Shown: positions 1 through 9,788, counted from the stretch's first letter. The stretch is DNA of 64,000 nt from Rickettsiales bacterium (GCA_044239745.1 JBIIAV010000002.1:12583-76582); one strand, 5' to 3'. Made by a program: numbers and translations. The notes: a model not told the origin generated them from the sequence alone.

Positions 1-300
1 GGATTCACCCACCGCGACGAACGGGCGTTTGCTCACATCGACACTGGCGATATGGTCATGGATGATGGTGGTGCCTACATGCGCCGCTTGCGCTTCCATC
101 TGTTCCATCAGCCACGGGCCTTGTACCGCCTCGGCGAAGCCGGGGAAGTTCTCGACCTCGGTCGTGATGGTCAACTGGCCGCCGGGTTGCATCCCCCGCA
201 CCATGATGGGCTTGAGCGCCGCGCGCGCGGCGTAAATGGCGGCCGTGCAGCCCGCCGCGCCGGAGCCGATGATAAGAACGGGAGTGATGTGATCGGTCAT
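1..300 (-). CDS. trxB: thioredoxin-disulfide reductase, N-terminal part (gene runs off the window start)
   Basis: Not in the ORF track because there is no stop in the window. My translation of the minus strand from ATG at 298-300 gives [55 protein letters not shown]... This has the GxGxxG FAD fold and TrxR-typical GGQL/ENFPG motifs. It lies downstream of a peroxiredoxin gene. Confidence 0.85.
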   Translation of the reverse strand, partial: MTDHITPVLIIGSGAAGCTAAIYAARAALKPIMVRGMQPGGQLTITTEVENFPGFAEAVQGPWLMEQMEAQAAHVGTTIIHDHIASVDVSKRPFVAVGES

Positions 301-326
301 AAACGTCCATCGGATGTAAGAGGATA

Positions 327-347
327 GGGCGGTCAGCAGACCGCCCC
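327..347 (-). terminator. GC hairpin between the peroxiredoxin gene and trxB (possible partial terminator)
   Basis: Minus strand reads GGGGCGGTC-TGCT-GACCGCCC followed by the U-rich TATCCTCTT. A second long hairpin (362-406, AAGTACGC..CGATTTTT/AAAAATCG..GCGTACTT) lies just after the peroxiredoxin stop but has no trailing T-run. Confidence 0.3.
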
Positions 348-412
348 AGCCATGAGCTACGAAGTACGCGCCATCGATTTTTCAGCAGAAAAATCGGGGC
401 GTACTTAAAAAA

Positions 413-1015
413 CTACAACGCTTTCGCGTGGTCCTTGAGGTAGGAAGCCACGCCGTCCGCCGTCGGCTTCATGCCGGCCGCGCCTTTTTTCCAGTTGGCA
501 GGGCACACTTCGCCATGCTCCTCGTGGAAGTTCAGGGCATCGACCATACGCAGCGCCTCTTCCACGTTGCGGCCCAGCGGTAGGTCGTTCACCACTTGGT
601 GGCGCACGATGCCTTTTTTATCGATCATGAACGTGCCACGGAACGCCACGGCGTCGCCGGTCAGCACGTCGTACGAGCGGGCGATGGATTTGGTGAGGTC
701 GGCCACCAGCGGGAAGCGGATGTTACCGATGCCGCCTTTTTCCACCGGCGTGTTCTTCCACGCATAGTGGCTGTATTGCGAATCGACCGAAACGCCGATA
801 ATCTCGGCGCCGAGCTTCTTGAAATCGTCGACGCGGTTATCGAACGCGATGATCTCCGACGGGCAGACGAAGGTAAAATCGAGCGGGTAGAAGAACACGA
901 TGCCGACCTTGCCCTTGATGTGCGATTTCAGGTTGAAATCCGCTTTGATGGAATTGTCGCCCATCACCGCTTGGGCAGTGAAATCGGGGGCTTCTTTACC
1001 GACGAGTACGCTCAT
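413..1015 (-). CDS. ahpC: typical 2-Cys peroxiredoxin (AhpC/Prx1 family)
   Basis: 200 aa. Peroxidatic motif FYPLDFTFVCPSEI and resolving-Cys motif EHGEVCPANW. AGGAG ribosome-binding site upstream of ATG at 1015. Confidence 0.93.
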   Translation of the reverse strand: MSVLVGKEAPDFTAQAVMGDNSIKADFNLKSHIKGKVGIVFFYPLDFTFVCPSEIIAFDNRVDDFKKLGAEIIGVSVDSQYSHYAWKNTPVEKGGIGNIRFPLVADLTKSIARSYDVLTGDAVAFRGTFMIDKKGIVRHQVVNDLPLGRNVEEALRMVDALNFHEEHGEVCPANWKKGAAGMKPTADGVASYLKDHAKAL

Positions 1016-1083
1016 GAAAGGCTCCTGTAGTGGGGTTTAGCTGTGGTTACTGCAAGGCCAATCGCGTCCCTGCTACGCCTCCA

Positions 1084-1111
1084 GATATAGTACGAATTTT
1101 CGCCAGTGCAA
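1084..1111 (-). promoter_or_regulatory. candidate sigma70-type promoter of the peroxiredoxin gene
   Basis: Minus strand has TTGCAC (1106-1111), a 16-nt spacer, then TATATC (1084-1089). It sits about 70 nt upstream of the ATG. The inverted repeat AACCGT-N7-ACGGTT (1111-1129) abuts the -35. Confidence 0.3.
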
Positions 1112-1148
1112 CCGTTGTGCGCACGGTTACCAAAAGGTAATCCGGCCG

Positions 1149-1295
1149 CTACGGGCGCGGCGTGGTATCGCAGTCGGGGCGGGTGGCGCACCATCCCTCA
1201 AGGCTCTTGCCGATACTGGCGGCAGGGTCGGTGCAGGCGGCCAGCAAAAGCGCCACCATCGCAAGGCTCGTCCAGCGGTGAATCCTTCGGGTCAT
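1149..1295 (-). CDS. putative small lipoprotein (48 aa)
   Basis: Internal ATG at 1295 of ORF 1149..1346 gives MTRRIHRWTSLAMVALLLAAC..., a signal peptide plus lipobox LAAC. No homology recognised. Confidence 0.3.
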   Translation of the reverse strand: MTRRIHRWTSLAMVALLLAACTDPAASIGKSLEGWCATRPDCDTTPRP

Positions 1296-1305
1296 CGCAT
1301 GCCCT

Positions 1306-1566
1306 CTATTTACTATTGAGGACGCGCAGCGCCGTGTAGAACACATCCTTCACGTGTTCCTCGGGCTTGACGCGGCCGGTGCGCATTTCGTCGGCGATCT
1401 TTTTCCAGACATCGTCGGGCATCTCCTTGGCAATGATGGTATAGCCCGCCGCCTCCAGCGCCTTGAGCACCGCCTGCGCCTGTTTGGTATAATCCTCGAA
1501 GAAATAGCTCGAATCCGCCTTGCTGATAGCATTCTGAATCACGGTCTGTAGCTTGGGCTTGCTCAT
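1306..1566 (-). CDS. hypothetical 86-aa soluble protein, translationally coupled to putA
   Basis: Its ATG (1564-1566) overlaps the putA TGA (1563-1565) as ATGA. Intact ORF with no family recognised. Confidence 0.5.
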   Translation of the reverse strand: MSKPKLQTVIQNAISKADSSYFFEDYTKQAQAVLKALEAAGYTIIAKEMPDDVWKKIADEMRTGRVKPEEHVKDVFYTALRVLNSK

Positions 1567-4500
1567 GCCAGCAGCTCGACATTGCCGCCGATGGCAGCGG
1601 TGTTGATGGTGGTGGTGCGCTCGCTGATGAAGCGCAGCAAATAATGCGGGCCGCCCGCCTTGGGGCCGGTGCCCGAAAGCCCCTCGCCGCCGAACGGCTG
1701 CACGCCCACCACCGCGCCCGTCATGCTGCGGTTGACGTAGCGGTTGCCCACCGGCGCTTCGTCCAAGATCGCTTCCATCTTGGCGCGCAGGCGCGTATGC
1801 AGGCCGAAGGTCAGGCCATAGCCGCTGCCGCGGATCTCGCCTAAAATCTTGGGCAGCTCTTTCGATTTATACGTGAAGAAATGCAACACGGGGCCGAAGA
1901 TCTCCTCGCTAAGTTGGCTGGGCGAATCAAGGCCGAACACGTGCGGCGGCACGAAGGTATCGTCCGATGGGGGCGTTGCCCCCAAACCCCCTCCGCTTCG
2001 CGGCTCGCCTTCGGCTACGCACGGCTGAATCTCGCACGCATGGTGCCAGCGCGCGACGCGCTTCATCGCCCCGATATGGGCAAGCAGGCCTTGCTGCGCC
2101 CCACGGTCGATCACCGGACCGATATCGGTCGCAAGGTCGCGCGTGTCGGCCACCCGCAATTCGTCCATCGCGCCCACCAGCAAATCGCGCAGATGTTGCG
2201 CCACTTCTTCCTGCACAAATAGCATCCGCAAGCTGGAGCAGCGTTGCCCCGCCGAGCCGAACGCGCTCGTGATAATATCGTCGCAGGCCTGTTCCAGCAG
2301 CGCCGAGGAATCGACGATCATGGCGTTCATACCGCCCGTCTCGGCGATCAGCGGCACGATCGGGCCGTCCTTTTCGGCCAGTGCGCGCGCAATATATTTC
2401 GCAACGGTCGTCGAGCCGGTGAAGCAGACGCCCGCCACCTGCGGTGCCGTCACCAACGCGGCGCCCACCGTCTCGCCCGCGCCGCAGGCCAGCAGCAACG
2501 CGTCGGTCGGGATGCCCGCCTCGTGCAGCACGGCCACCGCTGCGGCAGCGATGCGCGGCGTTTGTTCGGCCGGTTTGGCGACCACACTATTGCCCGCAAC
2601 CAAGGCCGCCGCCACTTGGCCGATGAAGATCGCCAGCGGGAAATTCCACGGGCTGATGCACACGAACACCCCGCGGCCATGCAGCGTCAGCACGTTGCTT
2701 TCGCCGGTCGGCCCGTTCAGCGTTTGCGGCGCAAATATGCGTTCGGCCTCGTTGGCATAATAGCGGCAGAAATCGACCGCCTCGCGCAGCTCGGCCACGG
2801 CATCGGCATAGGTCTTTTTGGCTTCCGTCACGCATAGGGCGATCATGGCGTCGCGGCGTGCCTCAAGCAGGTCGGCGGCGCGGCGCAAAGCGGCCGCACG
2901 CGTCGCAACGGGGGTCGTGTCCCAGCCATGGAAGGCTGCCTGCGCCCGCGTCACCATCACCGCCGCATCGCTGGCGTGCATGTCCTTGGGTGCGGGTGTG
3001 GGGGTCGAAAAATGCTGCGCAACATGCTGCATGAAATCAAGGCGCACACTGCGGTAACCGAAATCGATGCCGAGCGGATTCTTGCGCGTCGCACCGTAGA
3101 GATCGACCGGCAGCGGAATATCACTCGCCGGTTGTGCGTCGGCGGCGCGCACATGCGCAATCGGGCTTACGGTCAGGTCATCGACCGCCGTGCGTTTATC
3201 CATCAACAGATGCACGAACGAGCTATTGGCGCCATTTTCGAGCAGCCGGCGGATGAGGTAGGCGAGCAGATCCTTGTGCGCCCCGACCGGCGCATAGATG
3301 CGCACGCGGTAGCCGGTAGCATCGTGATGCGCCGCTTGCGTAGGCTCCGCCGCCCCCTTAATCGACACAAGCTGATCATGCAGGCTTTCGCCCATGCCGT
3401 GCAAACGTTGGAACTCATACTGCGCGGGCACACGTTGCTGCGCCTCGGCCATGGTGATGATGGTGGCCACCGTCAGCGCGTTATGGGTCGCAAATTGCGG
3501 GTAAATCGTATCGCCCGCCGCCAATAATTGCTGCGCACAGGCGAGGTAGGAAAGGTCGGTATATTCCTTGCGCGTGAACACGGGATAGCCCGCCAATCCC
3601 TGCATCTGCGCATGCTTGATCTCGCTGTCCCAATAGGCGCCCTTGACCAGCCGCACCGGAATGCGTCGGCCCAGTTTCTTTGCCAATGCTGCAAGCGTTT
3701 CGGCCACGAACACGGCACGCTTCTGGTAGGCCTGCAACACGAATCCGATGCCCTCGAAATCGGCAAATTCGGGGTCCTCGAGCAGGTTCTTATAGATCTC
3801 GAGCTCGATCTCCAGCCGGTTGGCCTCCTCGGCATCCAGCGACACCGCGATGCGGTGCGCCTTGCCTTCGCGTAGAATATCCTTCAGGCGCGGTAGCAAT
3901 TCGTTCATCACGCGCGCTTCCTGTGTTTGGGCATAGCGCGGGTGCAGTGCCGAGAGCTTCACCGAAATGCCGGGGCGGGCGAACAGTTCCGTCTCCTTCG
4001 TCGCCGCCGCGATTTGGCGAATGCCGGTGAGGTACGATTGCACATAGCCTTGCGCCTGCGTGTCCGTGCGCGCGCCCTCGCCCAAAATGTCATAGGAAAT
4101 GGTGTAGCCCTTGGCCTCGTCGTCCTGCGCTTGTTTGATCGCGTCCGCCACCGTTTCGCCCATCACGAATTGGGTGCCGAGGAATTTCATGCCGGCGCGC
4201 AGTGCTTGCCGGATCACCGGCTCGCCGGAGCGTTTGATGAGCCCGCCGAACCATGCGGCCATCGAATCGCCGGCGTCCAAATCCAGCACCGAACCGGTCA
4301 GCATCAGCGCCCAGGTGCTGGCGTTCACCAGCGTCGATTCGCTCTGCCCCAGATGCTGCTTCCAGTTGCCCGAGGCGAACGTATCCTCGATCAGCGCATC
4401 GGCGGTGCTGCTATCGGGAATGCGCAGCAGCGCCTCGGCCAGGCACATCATCGCGATGCCTTCCTTGGTCGATAGGCCATAGGACTGCAAGAACGCCTCG

Positions 4501-4688
4501 ACCGTGTTGGCCGAGCCGACCGCGCGTTGCTTGGTGATGAGGGCGTGGGCGCGCGCGCGGATGGTGGCGTCCATCGCCGTAAGCGGGCGCACCCGTTCCA
4601 GCAGCGCCTGCACGCGGGTGCGTTCATCCGCCAGTGCGTGCGCGCTGATATTGTCGAGCCAATGTTCCATGGCCGCCGACCTTGCCAT
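1563..4688 (-). CDS. putA: bifunctional proline dehydrogenase / L-glutamate-gamma-semialdehyde dehydrogenase PutA
   Basis: About 1040 aa. PRODH barrel region plus aldehyde dehydrogenase domain (FTGST, EAGGKNA-like ETGGMNA, catalytic SAGQRCS). Start moved to ATG 4688 (MARSAAMEHW...) because the longer track ORF would overlap the tRNA at 4781-4857. Confidence 0.93.
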   Translation of the reverse strand: MARSAAMEHWLDNISAHALADERTRVQALLERVRPLTAMDATIRARAHALITKQRAVGSANTVEAFLQSYGLSTKEGIAMMCLAEALLRIPDSSTADALIEDTFASGNWKQHLGQSESTLVNASTWALMLTGSVLDLDAGDSMAAWFGGLIKRSGEPVIRQALRAGMKFLGTQFVMGETVADAIKQAQDDEAKGYTISYDILGEGARTDTQAQGYVQSYLTGIRQIAAATKETELFARPGISVKLSALHPRYAQTQEARVMNELLPRLKDILREGKAHRIAVSLDAEEANRLEIELEIYKNLLEDPEFADFEGIGFVLQAYQKRAVFVAETLAALAKKLGRRIPVRLVKGAYWDSEIKHAQMQGLAGYPVFTRKEYTDLSYLACAQQLLAAGDTIYPQFATHNALTVATIITMAEAQQRVPAQYEFQRLHGMGESLHDQLVSIKGAAEPTQAAHHDATGYRVRIYAPVGAHKDLLAYLIRRLLENGANSSFVHLLMDKRTAVDDLTVSPIAHVRAADAQPASDIPLPVDLYGATRKNPLGIDFGYRSVRLDFMQHVAQHFSTPTPAPKDMHASDAAVMVTRAQAAFHGWDTTPVATRAAALRRAADLLEARRDAMIALCVTEAKKTYADAVAELREAVDFCRYYANEAERIFAPQTLNGPTGESNVLTLHGRGVFVCISPWNFPLAIFIGQVAAALVAGNSVVAKPAEQTPRIAAAAVAVLHEAGIPTDALLLACGAGETVGAALVTAPQVAGVCFTGSTTVAKYIARALAEKDGPIVPLIAETGGMNAMIVDSSALLEQACDDIITSAFGSAGQRCSSLRMLFVQEEVAQHLRDLLVGAMDELRVADTRDLATDIGPVIDRGAQQGLLAHIGAMKRVARWHHACEIQPCVAEGEPRSGGGLGATPPSDDTFVPPHVFGLDSPSQLSEEIFGPVLHFFTYKSKELPKILGEIRGSGYGLTFGLHTRLRAKMEAILDEAPVGNRYVNRSMTGAVVGVQPFGGEGLSGTGPKAGGPHYLLRFISERTTTINTAAIGGNVELLA
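1966..2022 (-). repeat. palindromic-element copy inserted in-frame in putA
   Basis: Gene-sense sequence is GTGCGTAGCCGAAGGCGAGCCGCGAAGCGGAGGGGGTTTGGGGGCAACGCCCCCATC. It encodes CVAEGEPRSGGGLGATPPS inside the ALDH domain. Confidence 0.7.
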
Positions 4689-4780
4689 GCCCACGGCCAA
4701 TGTCAACACGCGGCAGCATTCGCCCCCGCCGATTCGCGGCTTCCCCCGCCCGTGCGATTGCGCTATGACCGGCCCAACGT

Positions 4781-4857
<77 letters not shown>

Positions 4858-4874
4858 TCAGCTTAATTTAAATT

Positions 4875-5104
4875 GAAGGGGGCATCGCCCCCTACGCGCC
4901 GCCCATTCACACGTTTGTGATTAGCGTTGCGTAGCGCTTTATGGCGCATCCGCGCGGGAGAGGCGCAGCAACGCGAAGCCAATCACATCGCGCTACGCGC
5001 CGCCCATTCACACGTTTGTGATTAGCGTTGCGTAGCGCTTTATGGCGCGAGCCGCGATAGTGGAGGGGGTTTGGGGGTGATACCCCCATCCACGCGCGAA
5101 GCGC
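4875..5104. repeat. tandem/composite copy of the palindromic-element family immediately 3' of tRNA-Arg
   Basis: GGGGGC-ATC-GCCCCC hairpin at 4878-4892. A 56-bp perfect direct repeat (4892-4947 = 4993-5048, period 101 bp) contains GCGTAGCGCTTTATGGCGC. It ends with GAGCC...GGGGGT-GAT-ACCCCC. Confidence 0.85.
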
Positions 5105-5125
5105 TTATCAACGGCTAGCCTACGG

Positions 5126-7720
5126 CTACGCCGCCACCAAATTGATGATGCGGTTGGGCACCACGATGGCCTTTTTCAGCGTCTTGCCATCAAGCGCGGC
5201 CTGCACGCTGGCGTTCTCCATCGCGGCGGCTTTCGCGGCGTCCTCGGGCATGTCTTTCGCCAATTGCAGCGTGGCACGCAGCTTGCCGTTCACTTGCACC
5301 GCCACTGTCACCGTGTCCTCGACCAGCAAGGCCGCGTCCGCCTTCGGCCACGGGCGCGTCGCGATCAGGTCGCCATGGCCGACCATCGACCATAATTCCT
5401 CGGCAAGGTGCGGCAGCAGCGGCGCGATGAGGTGGATCATCACCGTCACTGCCTCGGCCATATCGGCCTGCGCGGGGGCATCGGTCGCGCTGGTTTTTTC
5501 CAACTGGTTGGTCAGCTCGCGGATGCGCGCGACCGCCTTGTTGAAGTGGAATGCATCGTAATCCTTGGTCACGGCGTCGATGGTCTTGTGCGTTTGTTTG
5601 CGCAAGTCCGAGCTGCCGGTCGCGGCCGCAGCACTGGCCAGCGCCGCTTGGTTATCGGCGACCAACCGATAGAGCCGCTGCACATAGCGCCAGGCGCCGT
5701 CGATGCCGCTTTCCGTCCACTCCAAGCCACGATCCGGCGGCGAATCGCTCATCATGAACAGCCGCGCCGTATCCGCGCCATACGCCTCGATGATGTGGCG
5801 CGGGTCGACAACATTCTTCTTTGATTTGCTCATCTTCTCGCTGCGGCCCATCGTCACGGCGGCGCCGGTCGCTTCATGTTTCCAGCCGCCCTTGCCGTCC
5901 TCCATCACCTCGGCGGGGTAGACCCATTCGCCCGTGGCGCTGTTTTTGAACGTGGCGTGGGCGACCATGCCTTGCGTCATCAGCCGTGCGAACGGCTCGG
6001 CGATATCGAGAATGCCGCAGGTGGTGAGGGCGCGGGTGAAGAAACGGGCATACAGCAAATGCAGCACCGCATGCTCGATGCCGCCGATATATTGCTGCAC
6101 CGGCAGCCAGCGCGCGGCCTGCGCACGGTCGATGCCGTGGCCGCCGCCGCCACTGGCGTAGCAGGCGAAATACCAGCTCGATTCAAAGAACGTGTCGAAC
6201 GTGTCCGTCTCGCGCTGCGCCGGTTTGCCGCAGGTCGGGCACGGCACATGTTTCCATGTCGGGTGGTGCGCCAGCGGGTTGCCGGCCTTGTCGAACGTCA
6301 CGTCTTCCGGCAGCGTCACCGGCAACTGCGATTCCGGCACCGGCACCACACCGCAATCGTCGCAATGGATGATGGGGATCGGGCAGCCCCAATAGCGCTG
6401 ACGGCTGATGCCCCAGTCGCGCAGGCGATAATTGATTTTGCGCTCGCCGCACCCCGCGCGCTCAAGCTCGGCGATGGCTTTTTCCTTGGCGTCGGCCACG
6501 CTCAGCCCATTAAACAGCGGCGAGTTGATGAGGGTGCCGTCGCCGGTATAGGCCTCGTTCAACGGTTCGGGGTAGCCGCTGACCACGGGCAGGATGGGCA
6601 ACTTATATTTCGTCGCGAATTCGAAATCGCGTACATCGTGCGCGGGGCAACCGAACACCGCACCGGTGCCGTAACCCATTAGCACGAAGTTGGCGATGTA
6701 AAGTGGATGCTCGCTGCCGGTGAACGGGTTGACGACCGTAAGACCGGTGTCAAAGCCCAGCTTCTCCGCCTTCTCGATCGCCTCCTCCGAGGTTCCCAGT
6801 TGGCTGCATTCCTTGATGAACGCGGCCGCTTGCGGGTTGTGGGCGATCATGCTTTGCGCCAACGGGTGCTCCGGCGCGATCGCAACAAAACTCATGCCAT
6901 AGAACGTGTCGGGGCGCGTGGTATAGATCGCGATGCTGCTTTCGATGACGGGTTGATCGGGCTTATTGCACAGCACCTTCAACGTCACCAGCGCGCCGGA
7001 GGATTTGCCGATCCATTTCTCCTGCATCAGGCGCACTTTGTCCGGCCATGCGTCGAGCGTGGACAGCCCTTGCAATAAATCCTCGGCATAGTCGGTGATG
7101 CGCAGGAACCATTGATTGAGCGTGCGCCGCTCGACCGGTGCGCCGCTGCGCCAGCCGCGTCCGTCGATCACTTGTTCGTTGGCTAGCACCGTGTGGTCGA
7201 TCGGGTCCCAGTTGACCACCGCCTGTTTGCGGTAGGCAATGCCACGGCGCAGCATCTCGAGGAAGAAGCGCTGCTCGTGCTGGTAATATTCGGGGTTGCA
7301 GGTCGTCACCTCGCGCGACCAGTCGTAGCTCAGGCCGATATCGCTCAGCTGTTCGCGCATCGTCGCGATGTTCTGCAGCGTCCACGCCTTGGGGTGCGTG
7401 TTGCGCTCGATGGCGGCGTTCTCCGCCGGTAGGCCGAACGCATCCCACCCCATCGGGTACAGCACGTTATAGCCCAGCGCGCGGCGGAAGCGCGCCGTCA
7501 CGTCGCCCAAGGTGTAATTGCGCACATGCCCCATATGGATATTGCCCGACGGATACGGGAACATCTCGAGCACGAAATAGTCGGGCTTGCCGTTGGGTTC
7601 GGGTGTGCGGAACACGCCGGTATCGTTCCACACGGCCTGCCATTTCATCTCGGCGGCGCGGGCATGATAGCGTGGCGCGTTACGCGCAGCGCCCTGCGTG
7701 CTGTCGGGTTGGTCGGTCAC
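5126..7720 (-). CDS. leuS: leucine--tRNA ligase
   Basis: 864 aa. HIGH motif (PYPSGNIHMGH) and KMSKS motif (EKMSKSKKN). GTG start at 7720 gives the conserved N-terminal RY..AE.KWQ..W. Confidence 0.96.
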   Translation of the reverse strand: MTDQPDSTQGAARNAPRYHARAAEMKWQAVWNDTGVFRTPEPNGKPDYFVLEMFPYPSGNIHMGHVRNYTLGDVTARFRRALGYNVLYPMGWDAFGLPAENAAIERNTHPKAWTLQNIATMREQLSDIGLSYDWSREVTTCNPEYYQHEQRFFLEMLRRGIAYRKQAVVNWDPIDHTVLANEQVIDGRGWRSGAPVERRTLNQWFLRITDYAEDLLQGLSTLDAWPDKVRLMQEKWIGKSSGALVTLKVLCNKPDQPVIESSIAIYTTRPDTFYGMSFVAIAPEHPLAQSMIAHNPQAAAFIKECSQLGTSEEAIEKAEKLGFDTGLTVVNPFTGSEHPLYIANFVLMGYGTGAVFGCPAHDVRDFEFATKYKLPILPVVSGYPEPLNEAYTGDGTLINSPLFNGLSVADAKEKAIAELERAGCGERKINYRLRDWGISRQRYWGCPIPIIHCDDCGVVPVPESQLPVTLPEDVTFDKAGNPLAHHPTWKHVPCPTCGKPAQRETDTFDTFFESSWYFACYASGGGGHGIDRAQAARWLPVQQYIGGIEHAVLHLLYARFFTRALTTCGILDIAEPFARLMTQGMVAHATFKNSATGEWVYPAEVMEDGKGGWKHEATGAAVTMGRSEKMSKSKKNVVDPRHIIEAYGADTARLFMMSDSPPDRGLEWTESGIDGAWRYVQRLYRLVADNQAALASAAAATGSSDLRKQTHKTIDAVTKDYDAFHFNKAVARIRELTNQLEKTSATDAPAQADMAEAVTVMIHLIAPLLPHLAEELWSMVGHGDLIATRPWPKADAALLVEDTVTVAVQVNGKLRATLQLAKDMPEDAAKAAAMENASVQAALDGKTLKKAIVVPNRIINLVAA

Positions 7721-7723
7721 GGA

Positions 7724-8263
7724 TTAATATCCCAGCTGGGCGATGCGTAGCTGGCGCGCACGCGTCAGCACCGTGTCCTCGAGCTTGCGGCCGAGTTTGG
7801 CGTCCGTCGTCGCGTTCACCCAATTGCCCGCCTTGTCTTTTTTCTGGCGGAAGGTCGTGATCTTCAAACTATCGGCACGCAGTTGGCGATCCAAGATCAG
7901 CACGTTCACCTTGAAGCGTTCGCCGGCAGCATCGGGGTCCTCGTACCAATCGGTGAGGATGGTGCCGCCGAACGGATCGGCCGCGGTGATGGGCAGGAAC
8001 GAAAGCGTATCGAGCGCGCCGCGCCACAGGAAGCTGTTCACGCCCAGAGGGTTCTTGCCTGCCTCTTTTTCCTTATCGCTCACCCCGCCGATGGTCAGGC
8101 CTTCTTCGCCGGTCACTTTACCGATGCGCGCCTTGCGGCGGTCTTCTTCGGTCTTGGGATAGGTGGTGCCTTCATCCGGGCGCACATCGCTGCACGAAGG
8201 CAAGGCCAGCAGCAGCATACAGGCCATAAAAACCGCGCGCGGCGACGAGAAAGAAGCAGTCAT
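7724..8263 (-). CDS. DUF3576-type lipoprotein
   Basis: 179 aa. Signal peptide plus lipobox LALPSC. It sits directly upstream of leuS, with its stop 3 nt before the leuS start. Family assignment is from memory of alphaproteobacterial leuS neighbours. Confidence 0.6.
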   Translation of the reverse strand: MTASFSSPRAVFMACMLLLALPSCSDVRPDEGTTYPKTEEDRRKARIGKVTGEEGLTIGGVSDKEKEAGKNPLGVNSFLWRGALDTLSFLPITAADPFGGTILTDWYEDPDAAGERFKVNVLILDRQLRADSLKITTFRQKKDKAGNWVNATTDAKLGRKLEDTVLTRARQLRIAQLGY

Positions 8264-8334
8264 AATTCCATGCCTTCAGGGTGGATCAATGCCGCGTACA
8301 CTAGCAATAATCCATGGTTTTGCAAGGGGCATGC

Positions 8335-8365
8335 GCGGGCAGGCCATACATCACAGCCTGCCCGC
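8335..8365 (-). terminator. hairpin downstream of the DEAD-box helicase gene
   Basis: 10-bp stem GCGGGCAGGC/GCCTGCCCGC with an 11-nt loop, 13 nt after the stop. No clear U-tract. Confidence 0.35.
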
Positions 8366-8377
8366 GATAGTGTCGTT

Positions 8378-9598
8378 TCACGCCGCTTTTTTATCGGCGT
8401 GGAAATGGCGGCCACCGCCACCCGAACGGAAGGGTTTCTTGCCACCGTATTTCTTGTTGCGCGCCTTGGCGTAGGAGCGCGGCTTGTCGGCGAACTCACC
8501 GCCTTCGGGCTTCTGGTTGGGGTTGAGCAAGCGCTGGATCGCCTTCCATTTGCCGTTATCCTTTCCGGTGAGCAGGTTCACTGCCTCGCCGGTCTTGCCG
8601 TTACGGCCCGTGCGGCCGATACGATGGATGTAATCCTCCGGACATTGCGGCATGTCGTAGTTGATGACATGTTCGATATGCGGAATATCGAGCCCGCGCG
8701 CGGCGATGTCGGTCGCCACCAGGATGCGGCATTTCTGGGCACGGAAATCGGCGATGACGCGGTCGCGTTGGCGCTGGTTCAGATTGCCGTGGATGGCTTG
8801 GGCGCGGTGGTTCAGCGCTCCCAGCTTCTTGGCCATCTTCTCGGCGCCGAATTTGGTCTGCACGAACACAAGGATGCTGCCTTCGCGCTGTTGCAACTGC
8901 ACTTGCAGTTGGCCGTATTTATCGGCTTCGGAAACGGTGATGACCTCCTGCTTGATCTTCGCGATCGGGGTGTTGTTGTCACCGACCGAGACCCGCACCG
9001 GATCGGCCATGTATTTTTGCGACATCTTGACGATGTTGGCCGGAAAGGTCGCCGAGAACATCAAGGTCTGGCGCACGGCAGGCATATGTTTCACCACCGC
9101 GTCGATCTGGATGCCAAAGCCCATATCGAGCATGCGGTCGGTCTCGTCGAGCACCAAGAAACTCGCATCGGCAAGCTTCAGCGTGCCGCGGGTGAGGTGG
9201 TCGTTGATGCGGCCGGGCGTACCCACGATCAAACGCGGGCGAGCGCGCAGCTGGCCGAATTGTTTGCCCATCGATTCGCCGCCGATCAAAAGCGCCGTGT
9301 GAATGCCGCTATCGGCGCCGAGCAATTGCTCCAGCATCGTCATCACCTGCACCGCCAATTCGCGGGTCGGGGTCATGACAAGTGCGCTGCCGCGCGGGGT
9401 GGTCAGCAGCTTGGCGATCAGCGGAATGCCGAAGGCGCCGGTCTTGCCGGTGCCGGTCTGGGCGGAACCCAGAATATCCTTGCCCTCAAGCGCCGGCGGA
9501 ATGGCCGCGGCTTGGATCGGGGTCGGGGTCGTGAATTTCATGTAGTCGAGGGCTTGCAGCAAATATTCCGGCAAGCCGAGTGTCTTGAAGTTTTCCAT
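8378..9598 (-). CDS. DEAD-box ATP-dependent RNA helicase (RhlE/DeaD-like) with basic C-terminal tail
   Basis: Q-motif, AQTGTGKT, PTRELA, DETD (DEAD variant), SAT and HRIGRTGR motifs. Lys/Arg/Gly-rich tail. Confidence 0.92.
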   Translation of the reverse strand: MENFKTLGLPEYLLQALDYMKFTTPTPIQAAAIPPALEGKDILGSAQTGTGKTGAFGIPLIAKLLTTPRGSALVMTPTRELAVQVMTMLEQLLGADSGIHTALLIGGESMGKQFGQLRARPRLIVGTPGRINDHLTRGTLKLADASFLVLDETDRMLDMGFGIQIDAVVKHMPAVRQTLMFSATFPANIVKMSQKYMADPVRVSVGDNNTPIAKIKQEVITVSEADKYGQLQVQLQQREGSILVFVQTKFGAEKMAKKLGALNHRAQAIHGNLNQRQRDRVIADFRAQKCRILVATDIAARGLDIPHIEHVINYDMPQCPEDYIHRIGRTGRNGKTGEAVNLLTGKDNGKWKAIQRLLNPNQKPEGGEFADKPRSYAKARNKKYGGKKPFRSGGGGRHFHADKKAA

Positions 9599-9788
9599 GT
9601 TCTATCTTTCATGTCGTTGGTGCATGGCGGCCGAGCATTCGGCCGTCACGCGGGTTTCCATTGGGGGTCAAGCTACGTGATAGCGATCCTCGTGTGGTCG
9701 CAAATAATCGTCCGCCCAGTATGGAAAACGACTACAAAAACCTCCCTCACGGCACGCATGCCGCAAGAGAGGCTCTTTAAGATAGCTT

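Noticed and set aside
4892-5048. Possible CRISPR-like array (56-bp repeat, 101-bp period)
   Set aside because: There are only two units, no cas genes, and the 'repeat' belongs to the dispersed palindromic-element family.
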